Shown here: piece by piece, positions 23,876-38,998 of the stretch | Position numbering within the stretch: the stretch's first letter is position 1 | Layout: every line of letters begins with the position of its first letter | Source: Paraglomus brasilianum | Lineage: Eukaryota | Length of the DNA stretch: 47,569 nucleotides | Assembly (NCBI GenBank): GCA_910592345.1 | Contig: CAJVPI010000163.1 | Coordinates: 1 to 47,569 of the forward strand | Direction of reading: 5' to 3' | The notes under the pieces: generated by a model | The model's database searches: none | The model's input: only the letters and a program-made list of their open reading frames with translations | Told to the model about the DNA's origin: nothing | Made by a program: the position numbers and the translations under genes

Positions 23876-26800
23876 TTACATTTCCATTGGAATAGATTGT
23901 GAGAAACGCTTGAGTGCCTCATCAAACTCCTCGACGATTCGCTGTAAAGCACGGTTGGAACCTAATAATAGTAGTGATTGGACGGATATTAGATGAGAAA
24001 TTACTCAGAGGAAGGAAAAGGCTTGATACCATTCACAATTGACACTGACTGATAATGGCAAGTACATCCCGTAGTAATTGGTGCTTAGATTGTCCCTATT
24101 GAATAAAGGGACCATGTACATCCATATCATTCGGAGAGTTAGACATCGCGAACGAATAAACGTGGAATGAGTATAAAACTATAAATAACTCTTACCAGCA
24201 CGTTGGGCTCCCAACCATTTGGTTTACTAAGCAAGTCATAAGACATTCAATCAGCAAGATAAAAAATTTTCACTTTTACATACAACCGATCATGACTATT
24301 TTCTACCTTCCTATTTAGACTTTCTCTCAACCACTTTTCAACTAACCTTCGGCTCCCGGGTGGCCCCAACAATTCCTTACAAACTTCCCTCAATTTTACT
24401 TCCTGTTGAGCGTCAGTAAGCTGCTGCACGTATAAAAATAAATATTGTCTGAATTCACTTGGACTGTCGATTATCTTTGCCGCACTCAGCACTGTCTCCA
24501 AATGTCCCAATACCCTCGGACCAACACCCGGGTTCTCAAGGTATATCTGTCCCTGTGAGACGCCTCTATTTGCGCGTGAGTGCTCTTCCGCTCTTCCAAT
24601 TAGACCTAACTTCCATTTTGGAATCATAGGAAGGGGAAAGTCCGGACCCGTATAAGATGAGTTGACAACGCGCATCCAGGATTTCATTGCTATGTGATAC
24701 AACCACGTGTCGTCATTCGAGGTGAGGACAAGAGGAACTCCGTTGCGAGTGATGGATGCAGCTTTGATGGTTGTTTGTGTAAATTCATTAGACGTCAGCG
24801 TCGCAACTTGGAGTACTGGCGCTAGAGATATGCCCGAGAGAATGGAAGTTTGGGTTGGAATATCCCAAGCGTATATGAGACCGATTTGAGTTAAGATCAG
24901 CAGATATTTATCGTTAGAGTCCATGAAAGATGCTGGCGCTTCAAGCATTATAGGTGGGAATAGGCTGGGGTAATCAAATATTAGGATGGGCTTATGGAAA
25001 ACACCACGGTGGTTTGAGTAATGTATTTCGTATTGCTTACCGTCTTCCACCAGAAGAGTGAATATAAACACTTCCGTCTTCGCATGAAGATGTTGTGTAA
25101 GAGTCGTTGTGATCAATAAGCAATATGGGACTATTCACCTGGTCTATCCATTCGACAGCTCCTTTACGTCTACAGGTTATCTTTGACATTTCTAATAAAT
25201 CGACACATTATGATAAACAAAAATATTCGATCAGATATGTACACAGAAATAATAGATATTCCCTGACTTCATTTTCGTTTCTCAAGCTCATGCAATCACT
25301 CACTGTTTTTGTTGCGACATTCGATTATCCCATTAACTAATTCCAACTTCAGTTCTTCTTTTACAACAGGCACGCCCAACCTCACTTGTGAAATGGCGAC
25401 AACTGGTAATTCGTTTGCTGGTCGTAACGTCTTCGAGTCGGTATCAAGACGTCCTTTAGCAGAGGCCATTCTCTTACTAGAAGGTTGCGCTGTCTCTGTA
25501 TCTGCCACATACCGTTTATTGCCAATAAAGAGCGCAGGAATGCCACCGGGCGGAAGAGAAGATGAAGGCTGAGACATTTCCACAGAAGATTGGGGTTGTT
25601 CTTGATGTTGTTGGGAAGATTGGAATACATTCGTCGAAGCTTGCAGGTTGGATAACGGAGCCTGGAAAAAAAGAGCGTGGTTTAATAAAATTGAAGATAT
25701 GAGAGCAAGAGAACTAGAGGATTGGATGATTACCGTAGCTGGAGGGAAAGACGATGTCGTCATCGGTTGTGAAGCAGGCGGTGATAGACTATGCTCAGAA
25801 GCATTAGTTTCAATTCAAGTTTCGCTTACAACATTAAACTCTCCCCCATTCTCTGCAATAACCAAATCGTACGCTCACCCACGAAGAAACTGCGGCTGTA
25901 TTCTCTTTTTACCATCTTTCATAATAGTAACGGTTTGCTGCACTGGGGTACTGACACTTCCACCTGCCCCAACCGCTACATCCCCTGACGGCTGCGATGT
26001 ATCGAAAGACGTGGTAGTTTGAGGACCTTCTATTATTTCTAATATGCGATTTGATTTCTTCTCTACGTTTCGTTGCTCTTCCAAAGTATATTGCGCAGTG
26101 TTTTCTATTATTATAGTGTCTTTCCTTTTGTAACCATACTGTTCTAAAATTCGCTCCTTTTATAAAACAGAGAATGATGATTACCTTTACGAGAGCAAAC
26201 CGATTTCATTTATATAACTGTATGGCACTTACTTTCTCTTCATGTGTAACAGGCGTACCAAACGAACCCTCGAAAAATCTAAGAATGCAAACGCTCCCAT
26301 CATACGAAGCAGCAAATAAAGCATGTCCATCCGGAGACCTTTTGACAGATACATGTATAGAATACCACGAAGAGTATCGTCTAAGCGTTATCAGAAAATT
26401 AATGATGGCCAACACTCCTCACAAAATGATCGTTAACGTACCAACATAAATCTAAGACGCTGTGTTCAAATATTTGCTCCGTGGCAAACAATGGTCGAGC
26501 ATAGTTCGTTGACCAAATGGATATGCAATGATCTTGACTTCCGACGGCACAGATAGTTCCAGTCGTTGAGGATTCGTCTGACGATTTGAATAATTTGGGA
26601 TTGAAGGCCTTGAACAAAATGAGATTACGAGATGTAAATATCTAGCAACAGACGGAATGCGAGAATATATTTATATGTTGCGTATATTGCCGGCGTGCGA
26701 TACGTACGACTACCTCGACCGGACTTTGATGTCCAACCAAAGATACAACCGTAACCCATTCGGTTCTTCGAAGAATAGCTGCCACTGCAACAGGTCCTTC

Positions 26801-28249
26801 TTGGCAATTGGCACATGCAATATGGGATCCATCTGGCGACCAACTAAATACAATTATTTGCGTTAAGAAGTTTGTAACATCTATTAGCTTCAGAGATGCC
26901 CTATTTCATACCTTGTTAACAAAATCACAAGAACAAGTGCATGCATTTTGAGAGTAAAAAATACCTTAATCGTTGAAAAAAAGTACTTGTAGGTGACGTG
27001 ACGAAAGGGTCTTTAATATTAGTCTCCACTTGCCAATCGGACGTTCGCCATATTTTTACTGTTCTGTCATCTGACTAATCATTAGTACAAATATTAAAAC
27101 CCTATTATTATCCGACGTATACACGACAATAGTTAATAGCAAAAAACGGCGTCACTGCCCTACCTCGCTTGCCAGATATTGTCCGACTGGATCCCAACTT
27201 AGACCTTTAACAAATCCATTGTGTGCTGTGAGTGTCGCGAGCTTTTCTAAAAAACGATCAGCATAAATTTAGTATAAAATGATGGTGTTAAATTATATAC
27301 ATAAATCATTCCGTCCTACCAAAAGTCCGACCATCCCAAATGAATATATTAGAGTCAAATCCGCAAGATGCTAGATATCTATTATCATCAGACCACGATA
27401 AGCCGCCAACATCTGTTACAATTAGACGGACGAAATAATTATCAGTATTCCAAGGCATCCAAACAAATATGATATCTCGTTACCTGAAGAGTGAGCGGTA
27501 AGTCTTCTTACAACCTTCCAGTTTTCTATGTTTTTCTCGTTGCTCCCAAACACGCTAGTTGTGTCACGTGATACGCTGTAATTCAAACAATGTGTCAGCA
27601 CTCGTTGCTATAAAGAGAGCATAACAGTATTTAACGTTACGAACTTGTCTAGTTCCCAAATCAATATAATTTGGTCATCAGAGCCCGACGCAAGATATCT
27701 GCCGTCGATATTGGACCATCGAACACACAAGACAGCACCTTTGATCCGAAACAAAGTAATTAATCCCAATGCCAAAATCTCGGGCACAACTCTAATCCAA
27801 AATCACCAACCATTATGCGTAGACATTGTACACAGAAGAGTCTCTTCGTGAGATCTCGTTTCATCCAGAACTACCTCGGCATCCCAAACCCTTATTTTCG
27901 TGTCTAGGTAAAGAAATTATATTGCATATGAATCATGGCGCGTCGCGAGCGTGTAGAATCATATCAAGCCTACATACCCAAGCCACCAGTGGCCACTCTT
28001 TTGCCAAGAGGATGTACATGTATGGAGAATATGCTTGTCTTCGAACCCTTCTCGTCTTAGTCGATATGGTCAAGCCGGTAAGACAATTTGACTGTTTGTT
28101 CAGAACCTTCCTTCGCGGATTTACTCACCTGTGTGTGCCCAACCGGGCTAAACGTTCAAGAAAAGCAGAACGGACTAGTTAGAATTCTTGTACCGATCAA
28201 ATTACCAAGGACTTCTAATTGTCAGCTTCCCAACCTTTACTATCTGCAT
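23876..28249 (-). CDS. HIR1: Histone chaperone/transcriptional co-repressor HIR1 (HIRA): WD40 repeats, B-domain, Hira C-terminal domain
   Basis: MQIVK|PGWAHT|DEKGSKTSIFSIHVHPLGKRVATGGL; GAVLCVRWSNIDGRYLASGSDD; VKGLSWDPVGQYLAS; AVGSQDHCISIWST; B-domain TVTIMKDGKKRIQPQFL; C-terminal LGHLE...SPSEFRQYLFLYVQQL...KLREVCKELLGPP; ends SNRALQRIVEEF...MEM*. Confidence 0.93.
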
Positions 28250-28569
28250 TTTACCGGGACTTGACATATTGGCAAATGTATTGTCACTATCTAACAAAGT
28301 GGAAAAATACGTGTACAGGCCTAAATTTTGTACTTTTCAATACAAGCCACCCTGCACAAAGTAACTTTCCTAATAAAGAACGCAAATCGCCATTCCGAAA
28401 GAAGAAATCGGGCGATCAACAATCCTAATTTATTTAGCTTAGAAACCGAAAAAGCCTGTGCTCTTTTAAGACTTCTTTAGCACACCTTTACCCAAGGTAC
28501 AGCTATAAATGTAAATCTCCTTTATTCTTTCCCCACCTCCTTTGATTTTGCATTAAGAACGACCGAACA
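28250..28569. promoter_or_regulatory. Probable compact bidirectional promoter between HIR1 and the dehydratase gene
   Basis: Divergent ATGs only 320 bp apart; TATAAA at about 28504 on the + side. Confidence 0.45.
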
Positions 28570-30534
<1,965 letters not shown>

Positions 30535-31105
30535 TTGCCATAACGATTTTTTTTATAGTTTGTTATTTAAATAATATTTAGTTTTGGTTCTATTGAATGT
30601 AAATTATAGATTCTTAAATATGAGATGGAATATGTGATGGAATATAAACAAATAAAAAATTATTGCTAATTAATTCTGCAGAACTCGTAAAAAAGTATTG
30701 AAGATTTAGTTTTTGACATTTCGAACTTTACCTCAACTCTAATTCGTGAAGAATTCAGCCTACGGGTGGTAGCTATCATCAATAAACTGACGAGTCCCAG
30801 AAAATGCATTCACAATGGTTAGAAGAAGAGATGACATTGCTAGTGTTTACCCAGCCGCGAGTCAAAAGATGGTATTTCTGCTTCGTCATTACAGGAGCTA
30901 CAATATTATTTAATTAAAATAATTCTCTAAAACGACGAACTTTTCGAGATTATCCCCAAACAAGAGATCGGATAACAACAAAACCCCGGGTTATTTTCAA
31001 TTGATGTCTCGACAGTATTATGATAAAGATGCTCTTGTCTTTTGTAGTCTAAAGGTAGCGGTATTAGTATTAGAATGGATTAAGATTTGATTTCCCTGTA
31101 AGTTA

Positions 31106-31760
31106 CAGTGAAACCGGATATAACGAAGGAGACGGTGCAGACACTTTTCTTCGTTATACGTTATATCCAGGTTTCATACATATATCTAATTATAGTAATA
31201 CGCATTATTATATAAAGAAGTTCTGTTATATCTTATTGTAAACGTAATTCAAGATTGTTCAATATTTACAAATTCAAATTCATCAAGCGTTGTTTGACGT
31301 GCCAATTCTAGACTGCTTTGTGATATCGTTCTTCTCAATTTAGTCAAGCACCTAACAACCGACACTTTTACTCCAAGATTTTTCTGAGCAATATATGCCA
31401 AAACACTATCAATCCTCTGAACTGGTAACAATCCGTTCCGATTGAACGTTTTCGTCTTCTTGACCGTCAACCTGGTTGATAGTGTGGGAATTTTAAATAT
31501 GATGGTTGGAGGTTCCCTTCGGTATATCCAATATAGAGGGATTTATAATTAATTTCGTTATATCCAAACAATTTTACTATGGAATGATAGTGGTGCTGAT
31601 TGACGAAATTGATTCGCGTCTTCGATATAATCAAGCCAAGCGGTATATCCAAAGTCAAATCGTACTTAGTATTCATAAAGAAATGTGCTTCAGATTAACC
31701 TCTTTCATTATTACCTTTATATAATGAGAAATTGGGATATTGGCTTGGTTCTTCGATAGA
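31106..31760 (-). mobile_element. Degenerate pogo/Tigger-like element end with transposase C-terminal remnant
   Basis: TA|CAGTGAAACCGGATATAACG followed by an inverted copy (CGTTATATCCAGGTTTCA, to 31176); minus-strand fragment ends ...ELARQTTLDEF, like the KQTTLDxF tails of pogo/CENP-B-type transposases. The right boundary is uncertain. Confidence 0.55.
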
Positions 31761-31871
31761 CGCGAAATCAATTTTCGTTGTCAATCACTACCAACAAGCT
31801 CTATAATTGAAAGAGCTAGCCAATTACTGAACGCTCACATGGTTTTCTAGACTTTTCTCAGCAAAATATCA

Positions 31872-31900
31872 CATGCGGATCATGCGGATCATGCAGATCA
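31872..31900. repeat. 9-bp tandem repeat CATGCRGAT x3
   Basis: catgcggat catgcggat catgcagat ca. Confidence 0.85.
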
Positions 31901-31989
31901 ACGTGATGATCCCGGACCAGAGCTTCCTCTGTTGTATTTGGCACAATCTTTATAGTCGTTAAGGCCGATCCGCTAAAACATTTATTTAC

Positions 31990-32290
31990 TTTCAATAATC
32001 GCCTCACGTCTTTTCATCGTAAAACGCCTGATTTTTTGGTCTTCGCCTTTCTACATTAGTTTTGACTATGCTCCGTAGATTTTCTATTGGATTAATATCA
32101 GGACTATTCGACGGCCAGTCAATAACCATGGGTATATTGGCCTGAAGAGATTGTTTAGCGACAGAGCTCGTATGCTCAGATCGCTGTCTGTTGGAAGCGC
32201 CAGACATTTGTCGTATTTCGGTAAGTGCCTCTGAAGTATTTCAACGTAAACTGGCCCTGTCATTATTTACTTCAAATACGTTGTCCCCTG
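31990..32290 (-). pseudogene. Tc1/mariner DDE_3 transposase remnant
   Basis: HTSSVAKQSLQANIPMVIDWPSNSPDINPIENLRSIVKTNVERRRPKN contains the Tc1 WPxxSPDxNPIEN motif; upstream MTGPVYVEILQRHL lies in another frame. Confidence 0.85.
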
Positions 32291-33733
32291 TATACTAATA
32301 CTGCCATTTGAAAAAAAAATAACACCTGCCTTGCTCTGAGACAGGACTTTAAAACTATTATTACAGATGATGACAATGATGATGACAATCCATTTACCAT
32401 AGTAATAGAAGGGCTTTGGTAGTCAACATGCCAACCTTGGATGTTTCGAGGGCCTTGACCACACCCCAGTTGTGCTGTCTCAGAATCCACCGGGATCCAC
32501 GCGACTTTGAAAAGCAGTTCCACTTTTTATTTCTACACGCTAGACAATTTAAATCAAGAAAGATGGATGAGACAGTTGATAAGAGAGTTCGTGGAACCTT
32601 TCAGGTAATTTAATATTTGCACTATTTCGAAATGGTATATAGCTAACGAAACATTTTTATGTAGGAATCCAAGACAGGGGAGCCCAATATATATTCCGTT
32701 TGGTGTCGAAGTCTTCTCAATTCAAGTTTTAGAATTATTTTTTGTTACACATCGACTATAACTTGAAGCCAAAGATCTACCTTGTATATTTGATTCTCTT
32801 TCCAAGAATAGTCAGTTAGCACTAAAGAGAGGATCAAAGATGGCGACATACGCCAGCCAGCGCAGTAGTGAAAAGTCTAACGGAAGTGACCAAGTATTTT
32901 CATAAACTATCTTTATTGGCTGTAAGCGGCGAAATTATTAAGTGATTTTGATAATGTTGGCCAAGTGATATAGTATTAAGTATATGCACAGTTGCATTTC
33001 CTGGACGGTGGGAATCTTAGTGATGAGGCCACGACTTGAGTAATTATATCTCTAAGAACGGGCATAATTACTAGATATATTGTTTCTCGCGGAAAATATT
33101 AGATCATTGTTCTTTTATTTCTTACAGTTATCCTTATTATTAGAATAGCTCTTCGAATTCTAATAAAATCAAGTGTTATAAATATTAAATTATTCGATTA
33201 TTTCCCTGGTCAATCGCTGGTTAAAGTGTAAAACGCTTCCTGAATCAGCGCTCAACAAAATCGATCTTGCCGTCAATTTTGTAGGAAACTTTGACACGAG
33301 GATTATTATTTATTTATCATCAAAAGTACGGTAATACTCGAGGCTAAATAGTAATCCAGGGACAGCGCGTACGAGACCGACTGCGCGTCGTGAGTATATT
33401 GAAAACCATGTAAAAAGTCACTAATTGTCATTTACGGATTTACAATAGAATGCAGAAACACTATTTTCTTCCAAAGTAAATGAATCAGAACATTCATAAA
33501 ACACAGATAAAACCCATGCCTAAAACGCGGTATAAAACCATACACGCACGAATAAAACAACTTAAAACACCATAAATATTCAGTGACAAATACTTATTAA
33601 CTGGGGAGAGATTAGAAACTCTCAACTTGGTTGCTTAAAATTTTTGAAATTTATTGTTTTACTTTTAGGTGTTTTGCTTCTATCGTTTGCTGTTGTTTGG
33701 TGTTTATGGGATCAAACATTCTGTTTTCTAATA

Positions 33734-35271
33734 CAAGGCAAACTTGTTAAGACGAAGCCACGCTAGGCCCAAATTGCATTAAGCCGAGGTTTTTCTGATT
33801 TCATTGACTAATTGACAATAACAATTTTATCTCAATATACCGAGGTGTCACGTGATTGTATATTGATTGGTTCGTTTCTTGAATCCTGTAACACAATTGA
33901 AACAACTACATCGCGCCTATGTCACTTGTAATATAAAAAATAATTATTATTTTTTCATGTCACAAACAATCGGTCGATTGTTTATCGAAGTACAGTCGAA
34001 CCCCGCTATAACAAAATGCGTTATGCCGAATTTTTGTTATACCGAAGCAAGTGTTTCCCCCCTTTTTTTTCAATATTTAAATTTGATCGTTATTGCGAAT
34101 TTTAATAGTAAACCTCGTTATTCCGTTACCGAAGTTCAGTTGCAGGATTTTTGTATATGGTGCTAGTCGCTTTATAACGAAGTTAATCACGTGACAGAAA
34201 GTTTAAACATAGTGATTGGTTGTAGCAATTATAAAATTTGTCAATATTGAGGTAGGTTATAATGAGCTCAAAGTCTTTCGTTCAAGTCAAAAGCAATCTA
34301 ATTAGATTCATTTTGTACTGGTTAGACTTATTCTTTCTTCAACAAAGAATGTAATTGGCAAAAATCTTTTATATGTTTATTATTTTATGGTTGTTTACCC
34401 TTTTTTAAATAGGTAGATATTCTAAATCAAGATTTTTTCGTAACTAGTTAATCATGTAAAACATGAACGGCATTTGGTAGTTTTTCTTCTTCATTGACGC
34501 ATCGAAAAATTCTAAGTAATGATTATATATTCTAATTTCTTAAACTTTTGATTTGGTGGGTAGACTGCTAAAGCTGTTGTTTTCTTAAACTTTTGAGTGA
34601 TCCTAGAAATCATTATATTTTTTTGTTTTCTCCTAGTATTTGTATTATTTTGCAACTAATAAACATTGTTTACGAAAGTCTCAATATACCGAATATTACT
34701 TGACTTTAGGCTAGACTTCATTACAAAGAGAGTGTTCGTTTTACCGAATTCCTCGTTATAGTTGACCTCCCCGTGCCTTGGGTTCGACTGTAATCAGGGT
34801 TTTGTTTACTGATAATGCGTCCGTTTTGTCTTTTCCAGTTACAAAATTTATCAACAAATACAAAGTTAATAATCAATTCTATCGATACTCAAGAAGTTAG
34901 AATGGAAGTGGCAGAATTTGTTAATTCGGAAGATTCTGTCTCTGTATATGATATGCCGACAACGGTGTCTATTATTACAACAATAGAAGAAGAAGAATTA
35001 TCAGAGTCGGAAGACTTTCCAATAGCCAAATCCATTTCTCGTAAATCAGTTCTTGAGCATGTCAATTCTTTGCGAACTCAATGTTGATATCACTTTCTTA
35101 TCTAATTTAAGAAAATAATTGAGACTAAACAACAGAATACGTTACAGCAAACAAGTAACCTTTATAGCGTTGAATTGTAAGTCGTGTAAACTCGGCTTAG
35201 TGCGAAATTTAGTAAACGAAAATCTCGATAAGCCGAACAAATTGTCTCTTCGTCTTATCGAGTTTGTCTTG
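33734..35271 (+). mobile_element. Outer pogo-like non-autonomous element with TA duplication and transposase C-terminal remnant, interrupted by a nested element
   Basis: Left TA|CAAGGCAAACTTGTTAAGACGAAG vs right (reverse complement) TA|CAAGACAAACTCGATAAGACGAAG; acidic remnant MEVAEFVNSEDSV...EEELSESED...ISRKSVLEHVNSL and KQVTF. Confidence 0.8.
33993..34790. mobile_element. Nested pogo-like MITE (about 800 bp)
   Basis: TA|CAGTCGAACCC ... GGGTTCGACTG|TA perfect 11-bp terminal inverted repeat, with subterminal TATAAC/TTATACCGA motifs. Confidence 0.85.
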
Positions 35272-35859
35272 TACCTTTTAAGATTATCTTTTCGCTCACC
35301 GGGGATGTTACCGTGCTACCGCTCTTCCTCCGGTAGCTGTACAATTAAGACTGAATTATGCTTCGAATGACTTATTAAATTAATAAATTAGTTATTCACA
35401 CGTTTAACTACTCCCTATGCGATATAAGGGTACCAACGACTACTATTACCAAGCAACAACAATTTAATAATCGTTGAATTGAAAGGGAATTAATTTTTAA
35501 ATTTACATGTATCTTCGATTTTGTATTTCGACTAGTAAATATTCCCGTCACTCACTACACACGTGAAAGATATGAAAACAAAAACTTTTTTGAAAAATTT
35601 CATTGTTGTATTTACAATATAAGCAGCCATGTTTTTTACTGTTTTGGGGGGAATCGATTACTGTTATAAAGCTGTAGTTCAATAAAGTGACACTATATAA
35701 ATTACAATAGAAATTATGCTGCTATAATAAAGATTTCTTGATTTTAATGTCATCACTATCATCAGAATTATGTTGATGTTGATATCAGCGAGGTACACAA
35801 GTTCCTCGCAATCGTCGATAGTGGTATGAATCAAAGTTAATATATGCGAGGGAATTTAG

Positions 35860-35936
35860 ATAAAGGGAAATCCGTTTCTATAACCGATGTTGGGGGTTGA
35901 TATTAACGAGGTGGGTATTAGAAGGGGTCGACTGTA
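35860..35936. mobile_element. Solo right end of a pogo-like element
   Basis: ...ATTAACGAGG...GGGGTCGACTG|TA resembles the terminus at 34780-34792; no partner left end was found. Confidence 0.45.
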
Positions 35937-36957
35937 TAATGAACTACGTATATTTACTATGAAAATAAGTATTAATGACATATCTTCGCTCGCATATGAT
36001 GTTGTTTAATTTCTTACGCATAGTAATAGTGAATATTAAGTAAACGCTGAATATTTAATAAGTCTATCCATATCTAGAATGTTAATAATGTAGAACAAGC
36101 CAATAACAGATATCACAGATGTGTGTTATTGGTTATCTAAATACAAGAAATATAAACACGCAAAGTAGGACACTTAGATTATCTATAAAGCGTTTCTTAA
36201 TCAAATATTAATCTCTGCTCTTATCTATCAACTTTCCGCTCTATCTATCTACTCTAACACATTGAAATTTGTAAATCCGTTAAGGATCTATTCCTGCACC
36301 AAAATTAAAATAGACAAAGAGCGTGTTGTGAGAACACGCGACACTAAGTGATAAAATATCTTTTCTAACAGCTCGGATGTAAGGAATCTGTGGCGCTTTA
36401 TTATTATCGACCCCTGAAAACAATGTGGTGGCGTCGTAATATATTAGTATCGTGACACATACCTAGCCCAATCCTCATATGACAATTTCCCCCCGTCTCC
36501 GTTTCTGTGTTACTATGCAAACGTCTCGGGTATGAAATGATAATCAAAGTGCATTCCGTTAAATATGTTCTATAATGAATATCGAAAACAAGAAATTGCA
36601 ACAGGAGTAGACCGGGCAAGAGAAAAGAGAATAAGGCCGATGCGTAATAATAAGAGAGAAACGATACAACGCATGTAATTAACGACTTTTCTCTTAATTA
36701 GAGTTTGAGGTGCGGAACAGTTTTCTTGTCAAATGCAAACGTGGTTCCATGTCAAGTGTGAGGAAATTGCATCATGTTTGTCAAGTGATTTTTGACACGA
36801 CCAATCACTTGTATACGATACATTAATATATAAATATAGACTCGACTCGTAATCTTGATGATGATAGACTACAAAAATAGTCACGAACGCAACGTAATAA
36901 ACAGTTCACCCGTTCGTTCCCGTTTTCTTACAAACCCATACTTGGCATATACGGAAA

Positions 36958-38998
36958 ATGTCCTGTTTTTACAAGACCTGTCCTTGTTTCTTTCGCCGTC
37001 CTGACACCCAGGTGCCCTTTGCCCATTATGCGCCTGATGACGAAGGAAACGTGGAATTCGAAAACTTACTGGCTCAACGGGATCCTGACCCTATAGCCGC
37101 TTATCTCGATCGCACTGCTTCCAGTGGAAACAACGCACAAGGCTATTTGAGGGTGAATCCTATGTCTCCATTTGGTCGAAACGGTGCGTCTTCCAGTAGA
37201 GTTAGCGTTGTGTCAGAAGACGAAGACGACGCTGTATCTCTACCTGACGAACAAATAAGTAAATTCACAGAGCAGTTAATTGACGAACAGGTAAGCAAAT
37301 TAATAGGAGAACGGAAGCGAAATATTTATAGTAAAGAACTCACGAGGAGAATATGGAATGTTCAAAAGGGATTGACAAAACCCAACAAGCATTTACACTG
37401 CGTAATATTGCCTATTGTCGGTGACAAAAAAAAACTATTGCTTAGTAAACTTGACCTTTTGCAACAAGTTCGCCTCTGTTTCAGCACGCGAAAACTTATG
37501 ACAGCACGAAAACTACTTACCGTCTAGTGTCAATTAATCCACCAACCATATAATAATATAATGTCTTACATCTTTAATTCTAAAAAGTTCAAAACCAACC
37601 AACAAGCTGACGCCCGACTAGCAGCCGAAGAAGAGGAAGCTCGCCTACAAGAAGAATTGGAGATAGAGCGTAAGCGCCAAGCTGCACACCAAAAGGCCAT
37701 CTCTAAAGGCTTTCTCCCTCCAATCGAATCCGTGCGCACCAAAGATACCTTCTTCAGTATCGATGATGACGATGATTCCGATGAAGAACAATACAATTCA
37801 GCTACACTAGGAGGCTCACGAACAATGGAGTTGTCTACCACGAAGAACAAATCAGAACCAAGAAAAGTAGTAGAGGAAGAAGAACAGCAGTCGGTCTTAA
37901 ATAAGCCGAGAAATCCACATCAGAGATTGTTCAATGCTGATATTGACTATAATGATGTTCGGGAATTCACTGATGAGCCGTAAGTGTTTATTTTAATAGC
38001 AAGTTTTTCTGTAGAGGTTTTGGTTATGTAAAGTTAGAGTTAGGTAGGAGAGAAGGCGATATTGCAGAGAGAGAATTCAAATAATTAATTGTCCATGCCG
38101 ATTGCACATCGAGATATAACTCGGAATATTCAACTAAATCTTGTAGAAAATATGTAAAAATATATTAAATTTTGATAAATCACATATATATGTTTACATA
38201 TGTTATATGCATATTATATAAATATCTCGCTATTATCAACATTTATGTACATGTTTGCCAATATAACTATAACATATAACCTTACATCCAGTATAAATTT
38301 TGAGTATATTTTATGAGTCCATATAAATCAATAAAAATATACTGACTTTTAGGCCCAATAAACCAATACAAGATCAACCTACACCTCGACCCCTCCGTCT
38401 CCCAAACGACGATACTCCCGCCGAACGCGCAGCGTGATACGCGAGAATGAGCAGAAAATGGAAACTTATTCCCCCTTCTCCGCTCACATCCTCCAAGACG
38501 AAGACGAATACGAGCACGAACACGAAAACAGCACAAGTAGCGAAGAACATCAGTACAGATACGATCCGAATGCAGCAGAGGACGAAATCGATCATCCGTT
38601 CGCACACATCCTGCCGGACATTTCAGGGCGTATCGGAGCATTCTTGTTTGGAAAAAAGGATGAGAAAGAGGACGAGCGCGAGCGTGAAGACATTGACGAG
38701 ACAGAGGGTTTGGGTAAGGACGGCGATTGTGGCTGCAGCAATAACAAGCAGTATTGACTATGATGCTAAACGTTTTGTTGTTGATTTAGGTCAGGTGAAT
38801 ATAGATATCGGGCCGAGCGTGGATAGACAGTTTGCGAAAGATATAGATGCCACAGAGCTGGGCGGAACAGAAGAACATAATACGACCTCTCTGGCGGTGC
38901 CTAGAAATGAGAACGACAAAAGCAGATCGAGGAGTAGTAGTTTCAGGAGGTTTGTCGAGGGCGTCACGAGTGTTTTTGATGCGGATGTTGATATCTGA
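36958..38998 (+). CDS. Uncharacterised acidic protein with central coiled coil; 4 exons (36958-37290, 37588-37979, 38373-38713, 38790-38998)
   Basis: GTAAGC, GTAAGT and GTAAGG donors join the separate ORF-track pieces into one frame: MSCFYKTCPCFF...DDAVSLPDEQISK...ARLAAEEEEARLQEELEIERKRQAAHQKAISKG...FDADVDI*. Confidence 0.7.

Noticed and set aside
32400..32800. Coding-like fragments with one apparent intron
   Set aside because: Frames are broken and no family could be recognised, so it is not supportable as a gene.
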